A DNA stretch of 64,000 nt, from NCBI GenBank assembly GCA_040285825.1, contig JAUPSS010000004.1:3935784-3999783 (forward strand), in the 5' to 3' direction. Position numbers and translations under genes: made by a program. The notes under the pieces were generated by a model, which was not told where the DNA came from, searched no databases, and saw only the letters and a list, made by a program, of their open reading frames with translations. Positions 13,661 through 25,100 of this stretch are shown piece after piece. This DNA comes from Eukaryota sp. TZLM1-RC (Eukaryota; Protista; Metamonada: BaSk clade). Position 1 is the stretch's first letter, and every line of letters begins with the position of its first letter.

Positions 13661-14750
13661 TTACCCAAGAACTTATGGTTTCCCATAAGGTGCTAATAGG
13701 GTCGTATTTAACGCCTACTAATCCCTAGTCGGCATAGTTTATGGTTGAGACTACGACGGTGTCTAATCGTCTTCGATCCCCCAACTTTCGACCTTGATTA
13801 ATGAGAACATCTTTGGCAAATGCTTTCGCAGTAGTTAGTCATCCGGCAATCCAAGAATTTCACCTCTGACACCGGAGTACTAATGCCCCCAACTGTCCCT
13901 TTTAATCATTACTCTAGTTCTCAAAACCAATAAAACAGAACCAAAGTCCTATTCTATTATTCCATGCTAAGTTATTCAATTGCATAAAGCCTGCTTTGAA
14001 CACTCTAATTTTTTCAAAGTAAACGGTCTGAATTCAATAGCCACCGCCGAAGCAAATGACTAGTGTCCTCAGACAGAAGAATCTGTTTACCAACAGGAAA
14101 ACCTGAAGATACGCAAATTCTGAGATTCAACTACGGACGATTTAAACGCAGCAATTTTTAAGATACACTACTAGAGCTGGAATTACCGCGGCTGCTGGCA
14201 CCAGACTTGCCCTCTAGTAGCTCCTCGTTAAAGGTTTTAAGTTGTACTCATTCCAATTACGAACTCAAAAGAGCCCAGTATTGTTATTTTTTGTCACTAC
14301 CTCCTCGTAATGAGATTGGGTAATTTTCGCGCCTGCTGCCTTCCTTGGATGTGGTAGCCATTTCTCAGGCTCCCTCTCCGGAATCAAACCCTAATTCCCC
14401 GTTACCCGTCATCACCATCGTAAGCCACTACCTTACGATTTAGTTGATAGGGCAGTGATTTAAATGATATGTCGCTGTCCGAAGACATGCGATCAGCATA
14501 GTTATTATGATTCACCAAAGACCTGTTGCCAGGATTGGTTTTGTATCTAATAAATGCATACTTCAAAAGAAGTATTTGCTGCATGTATTAGCTCTAGAAT
14601 TACCACGGTTATCCAAGTAGTAAGTACTATCAAATAAATTATCACTGATTTAATGAGCCATTCGCTGTTTCGGAGAAAACTCCTGAACTTAGACATGCAT
14701 GGCTTAATCTTTGAGACAAGCATATGCCTACTGGCAGGATCAACCAGGTA
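12967..14750 (-). rRNA. 18S (SSU) rRNA
   Basis: Mirror of 5860-7642. Confidence 0.98.
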
Positions 14751-15314
14751 TCAACAATAAAACATTCCGATTAAAAAACCAGAAAAGTTCATAAATGTTA
14801 CCTTTTGTGAAATCAATCAAATATGATTGTACCAATGTTGATCATTTGTGCTTTCCATAAAGATCCATTACATCCTGATAAATGTAATCAAATCTTATTG
14901 ATGTGTCAATTTAAATTTTCAATCAAAAATGATTTCCCATAAAATTCGACACGTGTAGTAAAATTTAATGTTTCCATTAAGGCTTACATACAACACCAAA
15001 ATTTTGTTCAACATGAACAATTGAGCTGTTTTCACAATTTCATAAATTATTTAAAAACAATCAATTGAAAATGATCAAATAGCAAGTACTTTCCGAAATG
15101 GGATAAAAAAATGAAAATTTCTTTCATTCCCTGACCCCCATTTCACGTTTCGCCATTTTTTGTGGTCTGATCTCATTTGGATGATTTTAAATCAATTTGT
15201 ATAAAACAAAGAACCTTTTTGTAAAATCCACAATTTTAGACCATAATGGTCATCACTGTAAAACAACACCAGCAAATGCTATAACTAGTAAACTTTGATT
15301 CGTGTTTATACAAA

Positions 15315-15472
15315 AAAAACAGGACAACAGAACCAAAATCTATTGGATGATGGGTTGGTAAAATTCCAATGTCAAAATTGGAAAATCTGAAGTTTGAAAC
15401 CAGACCCAAAATCTGATCTTGCAACCTGAGCAACCTTCTGCGGTTTTTCTCATTTCCGTACTCCGACTTTGG
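15315..15472 (-). promoter_or_regulatory. Duplicated spacer block (mirror of 5140-5297)
   Basis: Reverse complement identity. Confidence 0.35.
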
Positions 15473-16139
15473 GATGCGTCTGTAACTTCAAACACATTAT
15501 ACTCTTAGTGCCATGATTCTTCGGGGCAGAAGGGTAGGCATCACGATTGCCATCAGTGCAGCAGCCTTGCCTAGCGCATTTTGGATTTCTATTCCGTAAA
15601 TCTTGTACCTATCGGTTATTGTAAGTGTATCGTTTGACTCAATCACTCTTTTGATCTCAATTGTTCATGGATTGGCTTGATGTCTTCACCGTTGTACTTT
15701 CTTCTTGATGAAGACTCTATCCTAATAAAGTTTTCCTGGACAGTATTCTTTTCAGTACATACATCATCTTTTCTGCCAACACTATTGTTTTCAAGATTGC
15801 CATTGAAACAGAATACATAAATCATTTCTTCATGTATCAAACCTGCCTTGTATCACTTGTGCATAAGCATGTTTTCACAGAAAGTGTGAAAACACAATAA
15901 CATTCAACAGCGTTTGAAACACTCATATGGATATTACAATTCAAAGATTTATTGTCAAGTGTGGAGTCTTTTTGTCATATAAGAAATGGGGATTTCAAAT
16001 GAAAACTATGACAAATTGTTTTAGCTTTTTTGGTGCAGTATTTTTGATCAATAGAGCATCTAGTTTTGTGTACTGATTTTGCAATAAAAGTGTTTGTCGA
16101 ATTTATGAAAATTTAAACTTATTTTTTATTTATGTTTAA

Positions 16140-17768
16140 CAACCGTGTTTACAACACGGTTTACAACATTTTGTTTTTCTGGCCAAACAAATAGGGTTAG
16201 ACATTAAATTGCCCAAGTGTTTCATTATTGGTAATCAGCATGCGGAGGTGGCATTTAATGAAACTTTTATCAAATACGTTGATTACGAGGAAGATGCTAT
16301 TCGGTTTCTTGGATCTTATTTTGGAAATAGTGAAAAAGTTAAATCGATTTTGTCAGGTATTTTGGAAAAAATCGAAGAGCAACTTTTGGCTATTGAAGAT
16401 CTAGAAATTGACAAACATTTAGCGTTTTCGGTCCTAAATGTGTGTTTTGGATCAAAAATTAATCACCTTTTTCGTTCTTTATCTCCCACAATTTCTCATG
16501 ATTTTGCACGTCAATTCAATACTTTGAGAACAAATTTCTTAGGAAATTTAGTAGAAGTTTGTCCATCAAAAATTCCTTATCATGCATTTTTTAGTCCTAA
16601 ATTTGGTGGAGTTGGTTTTTCAAAAGCAGAGTATTTATGCAAAAGTGCTTTTTATTGGTGGTATGAAAAATTTTCTTTTGAATGGAAACTTCGTTTTGAT
16701 CATATTCCTTTAAATGAATCACATCCTTTATTAATTTCTCTTGAAAAATGGTGCAAGAACTACCTGTTGATATTTGGAATAGGAGTTTTCCTTCAAGTTT
16801 ACCTGCTGTGCCTTCGAGATCTTTCACCAACCTTCATCTTGCTGTTGTGAAATTACAGAAGTCTGTTCTTATTGGTTTTTGAAGACCTGGATTTTTCTAA
16901 ACGACTTAGTGTGACTAAGATTAATAATCCCGTCTTTGCTGCCTTTTTAGCAAACATTCAGAACTGTACTAGTTTAATATCTCAGCAACCAAGGCCATTT
17001 GGTCTTCACTTAACAAATGAAGCTTGGAAACAAAACATGCGGTTGAGATTAGGGATGTATCCAAGTGGTCTTTTGGACAATTCTTATTGTATTTGTAACA
17101 AAAAACCTACTGCCAATTTTCGTCATATTGTGAGCTGTAAGAAATTTCTCCAATATAGGTCAGTTCTTCATAATGCCGTTCGTGATGTGACATATGAGAT
17201 GTTCAAGTGTTACAATTTTAGTTGCAAAGTAGAACCTTTGTTGAAGTATTATAGTGATGATAATCTTTTTTTAATTCACGTCGAGGTGATTTAATTGCTC
17301 CATTTGTGGATTCCTCTCAAGTTGTTGTTGATTTCACTACAGTTGATCCCTTTGCTTTTGGTTTATCGCGATGATGTTTTACTTAGTACTAATGGCCATT
17401 TAAACAAGGCTGAAGATCGTAAGAGAGATAAATATACTGAGATATTAAATGATTTAAATAAGAACCTTTATTCGAAGTTTTCGTTTGTTCCTTTGCCTTT
17501 TCGATTTTTGGCAACATTGGACAATCCGCCATGAATTTCATCAATGATTTTGGTAATTTATGTCGTTCAAGTGGTAAGAATTTTGCAGAGAATTTATGGA
17601 AAAATCGTATCATTTTCGCTTTGTACAGAAGTGTTCCCAAGTACTTGAGTTTAATGATGTCTAAACTTTATAAGGATTCATCAAGAGTTGGCGTGGAGAA
17701 TTTAGTTTCTTATGTGTTTTAGTTTGTTTTGTTTTTATTTGATTCTTTATATAAATAAAAATAATAAA
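16140..17768 (+). mobile_element. 5'-truncated RLE non-LTR retrotransposon, family B (mirror copy)
   Basis: ORFs 16209-17722 with linker CCHC and RLE motifs; TSD ATTTATGTTTAA at 16128-16139 and 17769-17780. Confidence 0.85.
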
Positions 17769-17794
17769 ATTTATGTTTAATAAAAAAAGAAAAA

Positions 17795-19015
17795 TTTCTT
17801 TATCAATGTAAAAGTTCACGCAACAATGTTTTTTTACACCAAAAATGTGATCAAGAACACATGTTGTATTTATAAACTTGAAAACTTCTCTTGTAAAATG
17901 CGCCATTCGTTTCCATTTTTTCAAAGGCAAGATAACCATGTATAAATTGTTGCAAATGTTGTAAAAAGATTATCAACAAAGGAATTCAAATCAAATGAAT
18001 GACATGAACATTGGTTTTAATGATGTATAAAGCTCATAAATTTTGAAAAAGATACTGACCTAATCAAAAGAATGATAATCGTGCAGAAAATAGCGTTACC
18101 GTTGCCATATACAAACGATCACCTTTTGATTCAAATCAAACAAACGATATCTGTTTCTAGAATACATTCAAAATGAAAGTGAAATTGTAAATTTTTTTGG
18201 AATTTATTTTTTTGTTTCTGTGAAATAACAAAAGTAAAATAATTTTCTTTATCAATGTAAAAGTTCATGCAACAATGTTTTTCTACACCAAAAATGTGAT
18301 CAAGAACACATGCTGTATTTATAAACTTGAAAACTTCTCTTGTAAAATGCGCCATTCGTTTCCCATTTTTTTCAAAGGCAAGATAACCATGTATAAATTG
18401 TCGCAAATGTTGTAAAAAGATTATCAACAAAGGAATTCAAATCAAATGAATGACATGAACATTGGTTTTAATGATGTATAAAGCTCATAAATTTTGAAAA
18501 AGATACTGACCTAATCAAAAGAATGATAATCGTGCAGAAAATAGCGTTACCGTTGCCTTTTACAAACGATCACCTTTTGATTCAAGTCAAAAAAATGATA
18601 TCTGTTTTTAGAATACATTCAAAATGAAAGTGAAACTGTAAATTTTTTAAAAATTTATTTTTTTGTTTCTGTCAAATAACAAAAGTAAAATAATTTTCTT
18701 TATCAATGTAAAAGTTCACGCAACAATGTTTTTTTACACCAAAAATGTGATCAAAAACCAGTGGTGCTATTCATAAATTGAAAACTTCTCCTGTAAATTG
18801 CGCCATTCGTTTCGATTTTTTTAAAGGCAAGATAACCATGTATAAATTGTCACAACAATTGCAAAAGGATTATCAACAAAAGAATTTAAATCAGATCAAT
18901 GACATGAACATTGGTTTCAATGATGCATAAAGCTCAAAATTTTGAAAGAAATACTAATCTAATCAAAAGAATGATAATCGTACAGAAATTAGCGTTACCG
19001 TTGCCATATACAAAC
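17795..19015. repeat. ~455 bp tandem sub-repeat (mirror)
   Basis: agcgttaccgttgcc recurs about every 455 bp. Confidence 0.9.
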
Positions 19016-19024
19016 ACATGCAGA

Positions 19025-19180
19025 AAACAGGAAAGCAAAACCAAAATTAATTGCATTAAGGGTTGGTAAAATTCCAATGTCAAAATTGGAAAATCTGAAG
19101 TTTGAAACCAGACCCAAAATCTGATCTTCCAACCTGAGCAACCTTCTGCGGTTTTTTTCATTTCCGTACTCCGACTTGGA
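19025..19180 (-). promoter_or_regulatory. Duplicated spacer block (mirror of 1419-1575)
   Basis: Reverse complement identity. Confidence 0.35.
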
Positions 19181-19326
19181 TACGAAACTAGGAACTTCAT
19201 ATGAGCCTCAGTAAATCGTATCAAAAACGATACTCTTACACTTACAGCAATTGTTTTATTAGTTTACAACATTCAATTGTATACTTTTTGATTTTTTACT
19301 TTTTTTACAATTTAATGTTTAAAAAT

Positions 19327-22112
19327 GAATATTAATTTATTGAATTTGCACACTTGATTAAATTAAATCATAACTAATGGGACGACTATCATTAAACCAA
19401 GATTTCCTCTACAAAATCTTGATTTGCTTGCTGTCTAGCTAAAGCTTCTCTAATTCGATTGAAAAACCGCGGTAATCTATTAATAATGGCAAATTGAATC
19501 CGTGAACGCCATAAAAAAATATCAAATCTTTTCATTGTTTTTTCTTTCACCATTTTTGGAAGTCATCCAAAAAGTTTCTGCTTCAACTGATAATCTTCCA
19601 TTTATCGAAAATGGAAAAGCAATAAAAACCAGCTGTGTATTTCTATCGATATTTGCATCTTCAATTTCTTTATCATATTTTCTATGTTTTTCTTTTGCTT
19701 TAAAATCCAGAGCAGCCACAGGATTAAGTTTTTCTTCTGTGAACCAAAGTATCGTTTGCAACATTACATGAGACAAAGTCAACAAAAGCTTCAGAATTAT
19801 CAATCCAATCACAGTATACATCACCTCTATCATCAGAACCAAAAATTATTCAGAGAAAGTGTTTCTTTCAGCAGGGGCTCTTTGATACACGATATCCTTG
19901 CAGTTTGTGCCATATTGAAAACAGTGTCTCTAACAGCATCATGTAATGAAGAACGATAAGTTATCAATTTAGAGCAATTTAGAGCATGGCGCAAAGTGAG
20001 TTGAGGTGAATTCGAACAAATACATTTTTCTTTTGATAATAATTGGTTAATGGGGATGTTCAAATATAATCTCATTTTTGTTACAAATGCTTCATTAGTA
20101 GCACACAATCCAAATCTTCGTGGTACAATGGTTACAAAAAGTGAAGAATCTGACACCTTGTTTTCACAAACACCCTTTTCCAATAACAATGAGTGAAGAT
20201 CTTGATTTAAAACAGCCGACCTGCAAATATTATTATAAAGATCTTTTTCATACATTCCAGTCAATCTTTTTCTGTAATGTTCGAAGAGTGTACTTCAATT
20301 AACACTATCAGATATATTCAAAATCATTTGTAATCATGAGTCTGTACTGATCAAATTTACACATGTCTAACATTTAGTTCACACAAAAATTTGATCACAA
20401 GTTTGACATCGATGCTATCAACTAGTCATAAACTACTGACATTCACCATATCATGTAAATCTCAAAATGACCTATAGCACGGACTTTAACACCACAATTG
20501 TTATATTAATTGTCCCAAAATGGACTTTTAAGATTTGACAATGATTGTAAATTCAACCATTGGTCAATATCAAAACTAGGAACTTCGTATGAGCCTCAGT
20601 AAAGATCATGTATCAGAAACAATGCTCTTTCACACATGCAATGTTTTATTAGTTTACAACATTCAGTTATATGACTTTTTGATGTTTTACATTTTTGACA
20701 AAATATGTTTTAATAATATGTAAAATCCAATGACATGCAAACATTGGATTCATTTTGACGAAATAAGACATCAGTAGCAAAAATCGCTGAAGAGACTCCA
20801 TCTGTAGTATTTATACCATATTGAAAGGGTAATAAAATCTTTTTAGCTTTTTCATTGAACCTGCTTAAGCAACACGCAGAAAAAAATATTATGTAAGCTC
20901 TCAGAGACTGCAATAGGACGAACATCCATTTTTGAATTTTTGACAAGTGCAGTCAAACGAGAACTTCTTAATTCTTCTGGGTACTTGCGTTGACCAGATA
21001 ATATTTGGTTGAAAAATTTGGTCAATAAACCAAGGCAATCTTCTGAAGAAATAATCGCGGCTTTTACATGATCAATAGTAATACCAGAAAGTCCGGCAGA
21101 CTTACCACGAGGTCTCTTTTTGATAACCGAAAAAAACTTCTGATGGCATCAATGGATAATTTTCCCAGTATGTGCCGTAAAAATTTTTGATCCATAACAG
21201 GGTCTTCATAAGGATGAAGTATTTTCAGTTTATCTACTGTATTTTCATTGTTCGGTGCTTTGACTCCGGGACTTAAAGCTGACAAAGCCTTGGACCATTT
21301 GTTGTCAAAGCATTTGTCTTCAAAAATTTTACTTAATTTCTCGGATGACTGATTTCTCGGTGCTATATTGGTTAAATCTTCGGAAATATTAACGAAATTT
21401 TGTTCAAAAGGAGGACAAAAAGAACCAAAAAATTCCCAAATAATATTGATAGCATACTTTCCTTTACATAATTGATCCAAAAATCTTTGAAAAACGAAAG
21501 CAAATTCATTGCATTTGGTCGGATGAATTTCTTGAGGTATTCTTATGGGAGGATGGTAGTTATCAACTATGCGGCATTTCAAGCAGCGATCAGAAGTTTT
21601 TCCTTTGCATTTTTCTAAAAGAAATACCACAAGTGTTGCAAGTTTTGTGCTTCAATCGATTGCTAACTGGTTTTGCAACAACTTGTGGAGCATTATTTAT
21701 GGGTTCTACCTTAGACTCTTTCCTTCTAATAAATTTTCTTTTACATTTTGTTTCAGAATTTGCCGCATCATTTTTTCCAACATTGGGGCATGTTCGAGCA
21801 TTATGTCCCTGTTGTCGACACTTTGAGCATCTGTAGGAGCGTGGCTTTGTTTTTTTGAACAAACTTTATTTTCATCGTGATTGTCTAAAAATTCTTGATC
21901 AGAATTTTTTTTGTCCAAAAATGAAGAGAGAAGAGGTTGAGGAGGAGAGGTGGAAAGGACGTCTTGAGCATCTTGTTGACTATCGTTCTTTCTTTTGACT
22001 CCATTAGAATCAGAAACTGATTCAGACATCAACAAAAAAGAACAGAAGCAATGATCTCGGTTCAGCCAGGTTTTAAGTTAAACGGTTATATGTAGAGGAA
22101 GAAAAAAAAATT
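19327..22112 (-). mobile_element. Family A CRE-like RLE retrotransposon inserted in the first 462 bp satellite unit; RT core missing/replaced
   Basis: 5' end matches 56245 onward (CSKCRQQGHNARTC knuckle) and the 3' end carries the RLE motifs. TSD ATGTTTAAAAAT at 19315-19326 and 22113-22124. About 1 kb of RT is replaced by a noisy satellite copy. Confidence 0.88.
20299..20724. repeat. Heavily degraded single copy of the 462 bp satellite inside the element
   Basis: Recognisable blocks tagcacggactttaacaccacaattg and ctaggaacttcgtatgagcctcagtaaa amid indel noise. Confidence 0.8.
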
Positions 22113-25100
22113 ATGTTTAAAAATTAATACACTCAATTAATTCAAATATATACAAAATCATTTGAAAATGTAATCATGAGTTTGTACTGATCAAGTAACA
22201 CATAGCCAACATTACTAACACACAATTTCACACAAAGTTTGATCACAAGTTGATCACATCTAGTACATAAAGACTACATGCAACTCATCTAATCATACCA
22301 ATGACCATTCAACCAATCATACCAATGACTAATCAAATGACCATAGCACGGACTTTAACACCACAATTGTTATATTAATTGTCCCAAAATGGACTTTAAA
22401 GATTTGACCAATGATTGAAATAAACAACCATTGGTCAATATACGAAACTAGGAACTTCATATGAGCCTCAGTAAATCGTATCAAAACGATACTCTTACAC
22501 TTACAGCAATTGTTTTATTAGTTTACAACATTCAATTGTATACTTTTGATTTTTTACTTTTTTTACAATTTAATGTTTAAAAATTAATACACTCAATTAA
22601 TTCAAATATATACAAAATCATTTGAAAATGTAATCATGAGTTTGTACTGATCAAGTAACACATAGCCAACATTACTAACACACAATTTCACACAAAGTTT
22701 GATCACAAGTTGATCACATCTAGTACATAAAGACTACATGCAACTCATCTAATCATACCAATGACCATTCAACCAATCATACCAATGACTAATCAAATGA
22801 CCATAGCACGGACTTTAACACCACAATTGTTATATTAATTGTCCCAAAATGGACTTTAAAGATTTGACCAATGATTGAAATAAACAACCATTGGTCAATA
22901 TACGAAACTAGGAACTTCATATGAGCCTCAGTAAATCGTATCAAAAACGATACTCTTACACTTACAGCAATTGTTTTATTAGTTTACAACATTCAATTGT
23001 ATACTTTTGATTTTTTACTTTTTTACAATTTAATGTTTAAAAATTAATACACTCAATTAATTCAAATATATACAAAATCATTTGAAAATGTAATCATGAG
23101 TTTGTACTGATCAAGTAACACATAGCCAACATTACTAACACACAATTTCACACAAAGTTTGATCACAAGTTGATCACATCTAGTACATAAAGACTACATG
23201 CAACTCATCTAATCATACCAATGACCATTCAACCAATCATACCAATGACTAATCAAATGACCATAGCACGGACTTTAACACCACAATTGTTATATTAATT
23301 GTCCCAAAATGGACTTTAAGATTTGACCAATGATTGAAATAAACAACCATTGGTCAATATACGAAACTAGGAACTTCATATGAGCCTCAGTAAATCGTAT
23401 CAAAAACGATACTCTTACACTTACAGCAATTGTTTTATTAGTTTACAACATTCAATTGTATACTTTTTGATTTTTTACTTTTTTACAATTTAATGTTTAA
23501 AAATTAATACACTCAATTAATTCAAATATATACAAAATCATTTGAAAATGTAATCATGAGTTTGTACTGATCAAGTAACACATAGCCAACATTACTAACA
23601 CACAATTTCACACAAAGTTTGATCACAAGTTGATCACATCTAGTACATAAAGACTACATGCAACTCATCTAATCATACCAATGACCATTCAACCAATCAT
23701 ACCAATGACTAATCAAATGACCATAGCACGGACTTTAACACCACAATTGTTATATTAATTGTCCCAAAATGGACTTTAAAGATTTGACCAATGATTGAAA
23801 TAAACAACCATTGGTCAATATACGAAACTAGGAACTTCATATGAGCCTCAGTAAATCGTATCAAAAACGATACTCTTACACTTACAGCAATTGTTTTATT
23901 AGTTTACAACATTCAATTGTATACTTTTTGATTTTTTACTTTTTTTACAATTTAATGTTTAAAAATTAATACACTCAATTAATTCAAATATATACAAAAT
24001 CATTTGAAAATGTAATCATGAGTTTGTACTGATCAAGTAACACATAGCCAACATTACTAACACACAATTTCACACAAAGTTTGATCACAAGTTGATCACA
24101 TCTAGTACATAAAGACTACATGCAACTCATCTAATCATACCAATGACCATTCAACCAATCATACCAATGACTAATCAAATGACCATAGCACGGACTTTAA
24201 CACCACAATTGTTATATTAATTGTCCCAAAATGGACTTTAAAGATTTGACCAATGATTGAAATAAACAACCATTGGTCAATATACGAAACTAGGAACTTC
24301 ATATGAGCCTCAGTAAATCGTATCAAAAACGATACTCTTACACTTACAGCAATTGTTTTATTAGTTTACAACATTCAATTGTATACTTTTTGATTTTTTA
24401 CTTTTTTACAATTTAATGTTTAAAAATTAATACACTCAATTAATTCAAATATATACAAAATCAATTGAAAATGTAATCATGAGTTTGTACTGATCAAGTA
24501 ACACATAGCCAACATTACTAACACACAATTTCACACAAAGTTTGATCACAAGTTGATCACATCTAGTACATAAGGACTACATGCAACTCATCTAATCATA
24601 CCAATGACCATTCAACCAATCATACCAATGACTAATCAAATGACCATAGCACGGACTTTAACACCACAATTGTTATATTAATTGTCCCAAAATGGACTTT
24701 AAAGATTTGACCAATGATTGTAATAAACAACCATTGGTCAATATACGAAACTAGGAACTTCATATGAGCCTCAGTAAATCGTATCAAAAACGATACTCTT
24801 ACACTTACAGCAATGGTTTTATTAGTTTGCAACATTCAATTGTATACTTTTTGATTTTTTTACTATTTTTACAATTTAATGTTTAAAAATAAATAACTCA
24901 ATTAATTCAAATATATACAAAATCAATTGAAAATGTAATCATGAGTTTGTACTGATCAAGTAACACATAGCCAACATTACTCACACACAATTTCACACAA
25001 AGTTTGATCACAAGTTGGTCACATCTAGTACATAAGGACTACATGCAACTCATCTAATCATACCAATGACCATTCAACCAATCATACCAATGACTAATCA

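Larger units (their letters stand above)
320..20298. repeat. Large inverted repeat: arm ~320-9736 pairs with arm ~10875-20298
   Basis: Mirror coordinates sum to about 20610 (18S start 5860/14750; TSDs 2829-2840/17769-17780), and the ORF track shows mirrored ORF pairs. The arms differ almost only by homopolymer indels. Confidence 0.95.

Noticed and set aside
6026-14584. Short ORFs inside the rDNA
   Set aside because: Spurious frames within rRNA genes.
18550-18570. U5 loop-I-like GCCTTTTAC
   Set aside because: Other repeat copies read GCCATATAC, and the stem is only 4 bp.
22290-22360. 5S rRNA, U2 or hammerhead in the 462 bp unit (ATCATACCA, GATCAAGT, CGAAAC)
   Set aside because: Only 6-9 nt matches; no 5S internal boxes, no U2 branch-pairing GTGTAGTA, no CTGANGA core.
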